Under the pieces are notes generated by a model. That model was not told the origin of the DNA and did no database searches. It saw only the letters and a list, made by a program, of their open reading frames with translations. A DNA stretch of 64,000 nt from Eledone cirrhosa (Eukaryota): assembly GCA_964016885.1 (NCBI GenBank), contig OZ024741.1, positions 71,982,001 to 72,046,000 on the forward strand. Reading direction: 5' to 3'. Positions 63,857 to 64,000 of this stretch are shown one piece after another. Made by a program: the position numbers and the translations under genes. The first letter of the stretch is position 1, and every line of letters begins with the position of its first letter.

Positions 63857-64000
63857 TACTGTATATATATAATGAAGGAACCAGGGGGACCATAACGCAC
63901 CAGAATACTCAATACTTAGGGTAGTAGAGTGGGTAATAGGAAAATGTTCAAGACCCCATCAAAATTGCTTGAGCTTTGCCGTCGGGGTCTTGAACATTTT

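Overview
AT-rich, microsatellite-dense eukaryotic intergenic or intronic DNA; the repeat landscape suggests a cephalopod such as Octopus (inference). No host protein-coding gene can be supported. The window holds two young 5'-truncated RTE-clade LINEs with a PHD-like finger inserted inside the RT, several shorter RTE 3' ends, a deleted Gypsy LTR retrotransposon, two Penelope-like element (PLE, GIY-YIG) copies, many tRNA-derived SINEs, piggyBac-type and Tc1-type MITEs, a 48-bp satellite grown out of an RTE-type 3' UTR and a 6.4-kb GGT-based higher-order array. The most notable signal is a set of unrelated fold-back insertions in (TA)n tracts. Four families carry complete type-I hammerhead ribozyme folds, mostly with non-canonical cores, and a fifth carries a half-hammerhead. 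One of these families is attached to a PLE ORF. The two PLE copies differ by a precise 787-nt GT..AG segment, i.e. spliced and unspliced forms side by side. A 28S rRNA-LINE chimera is also present. All folds and alignments were done by eye.
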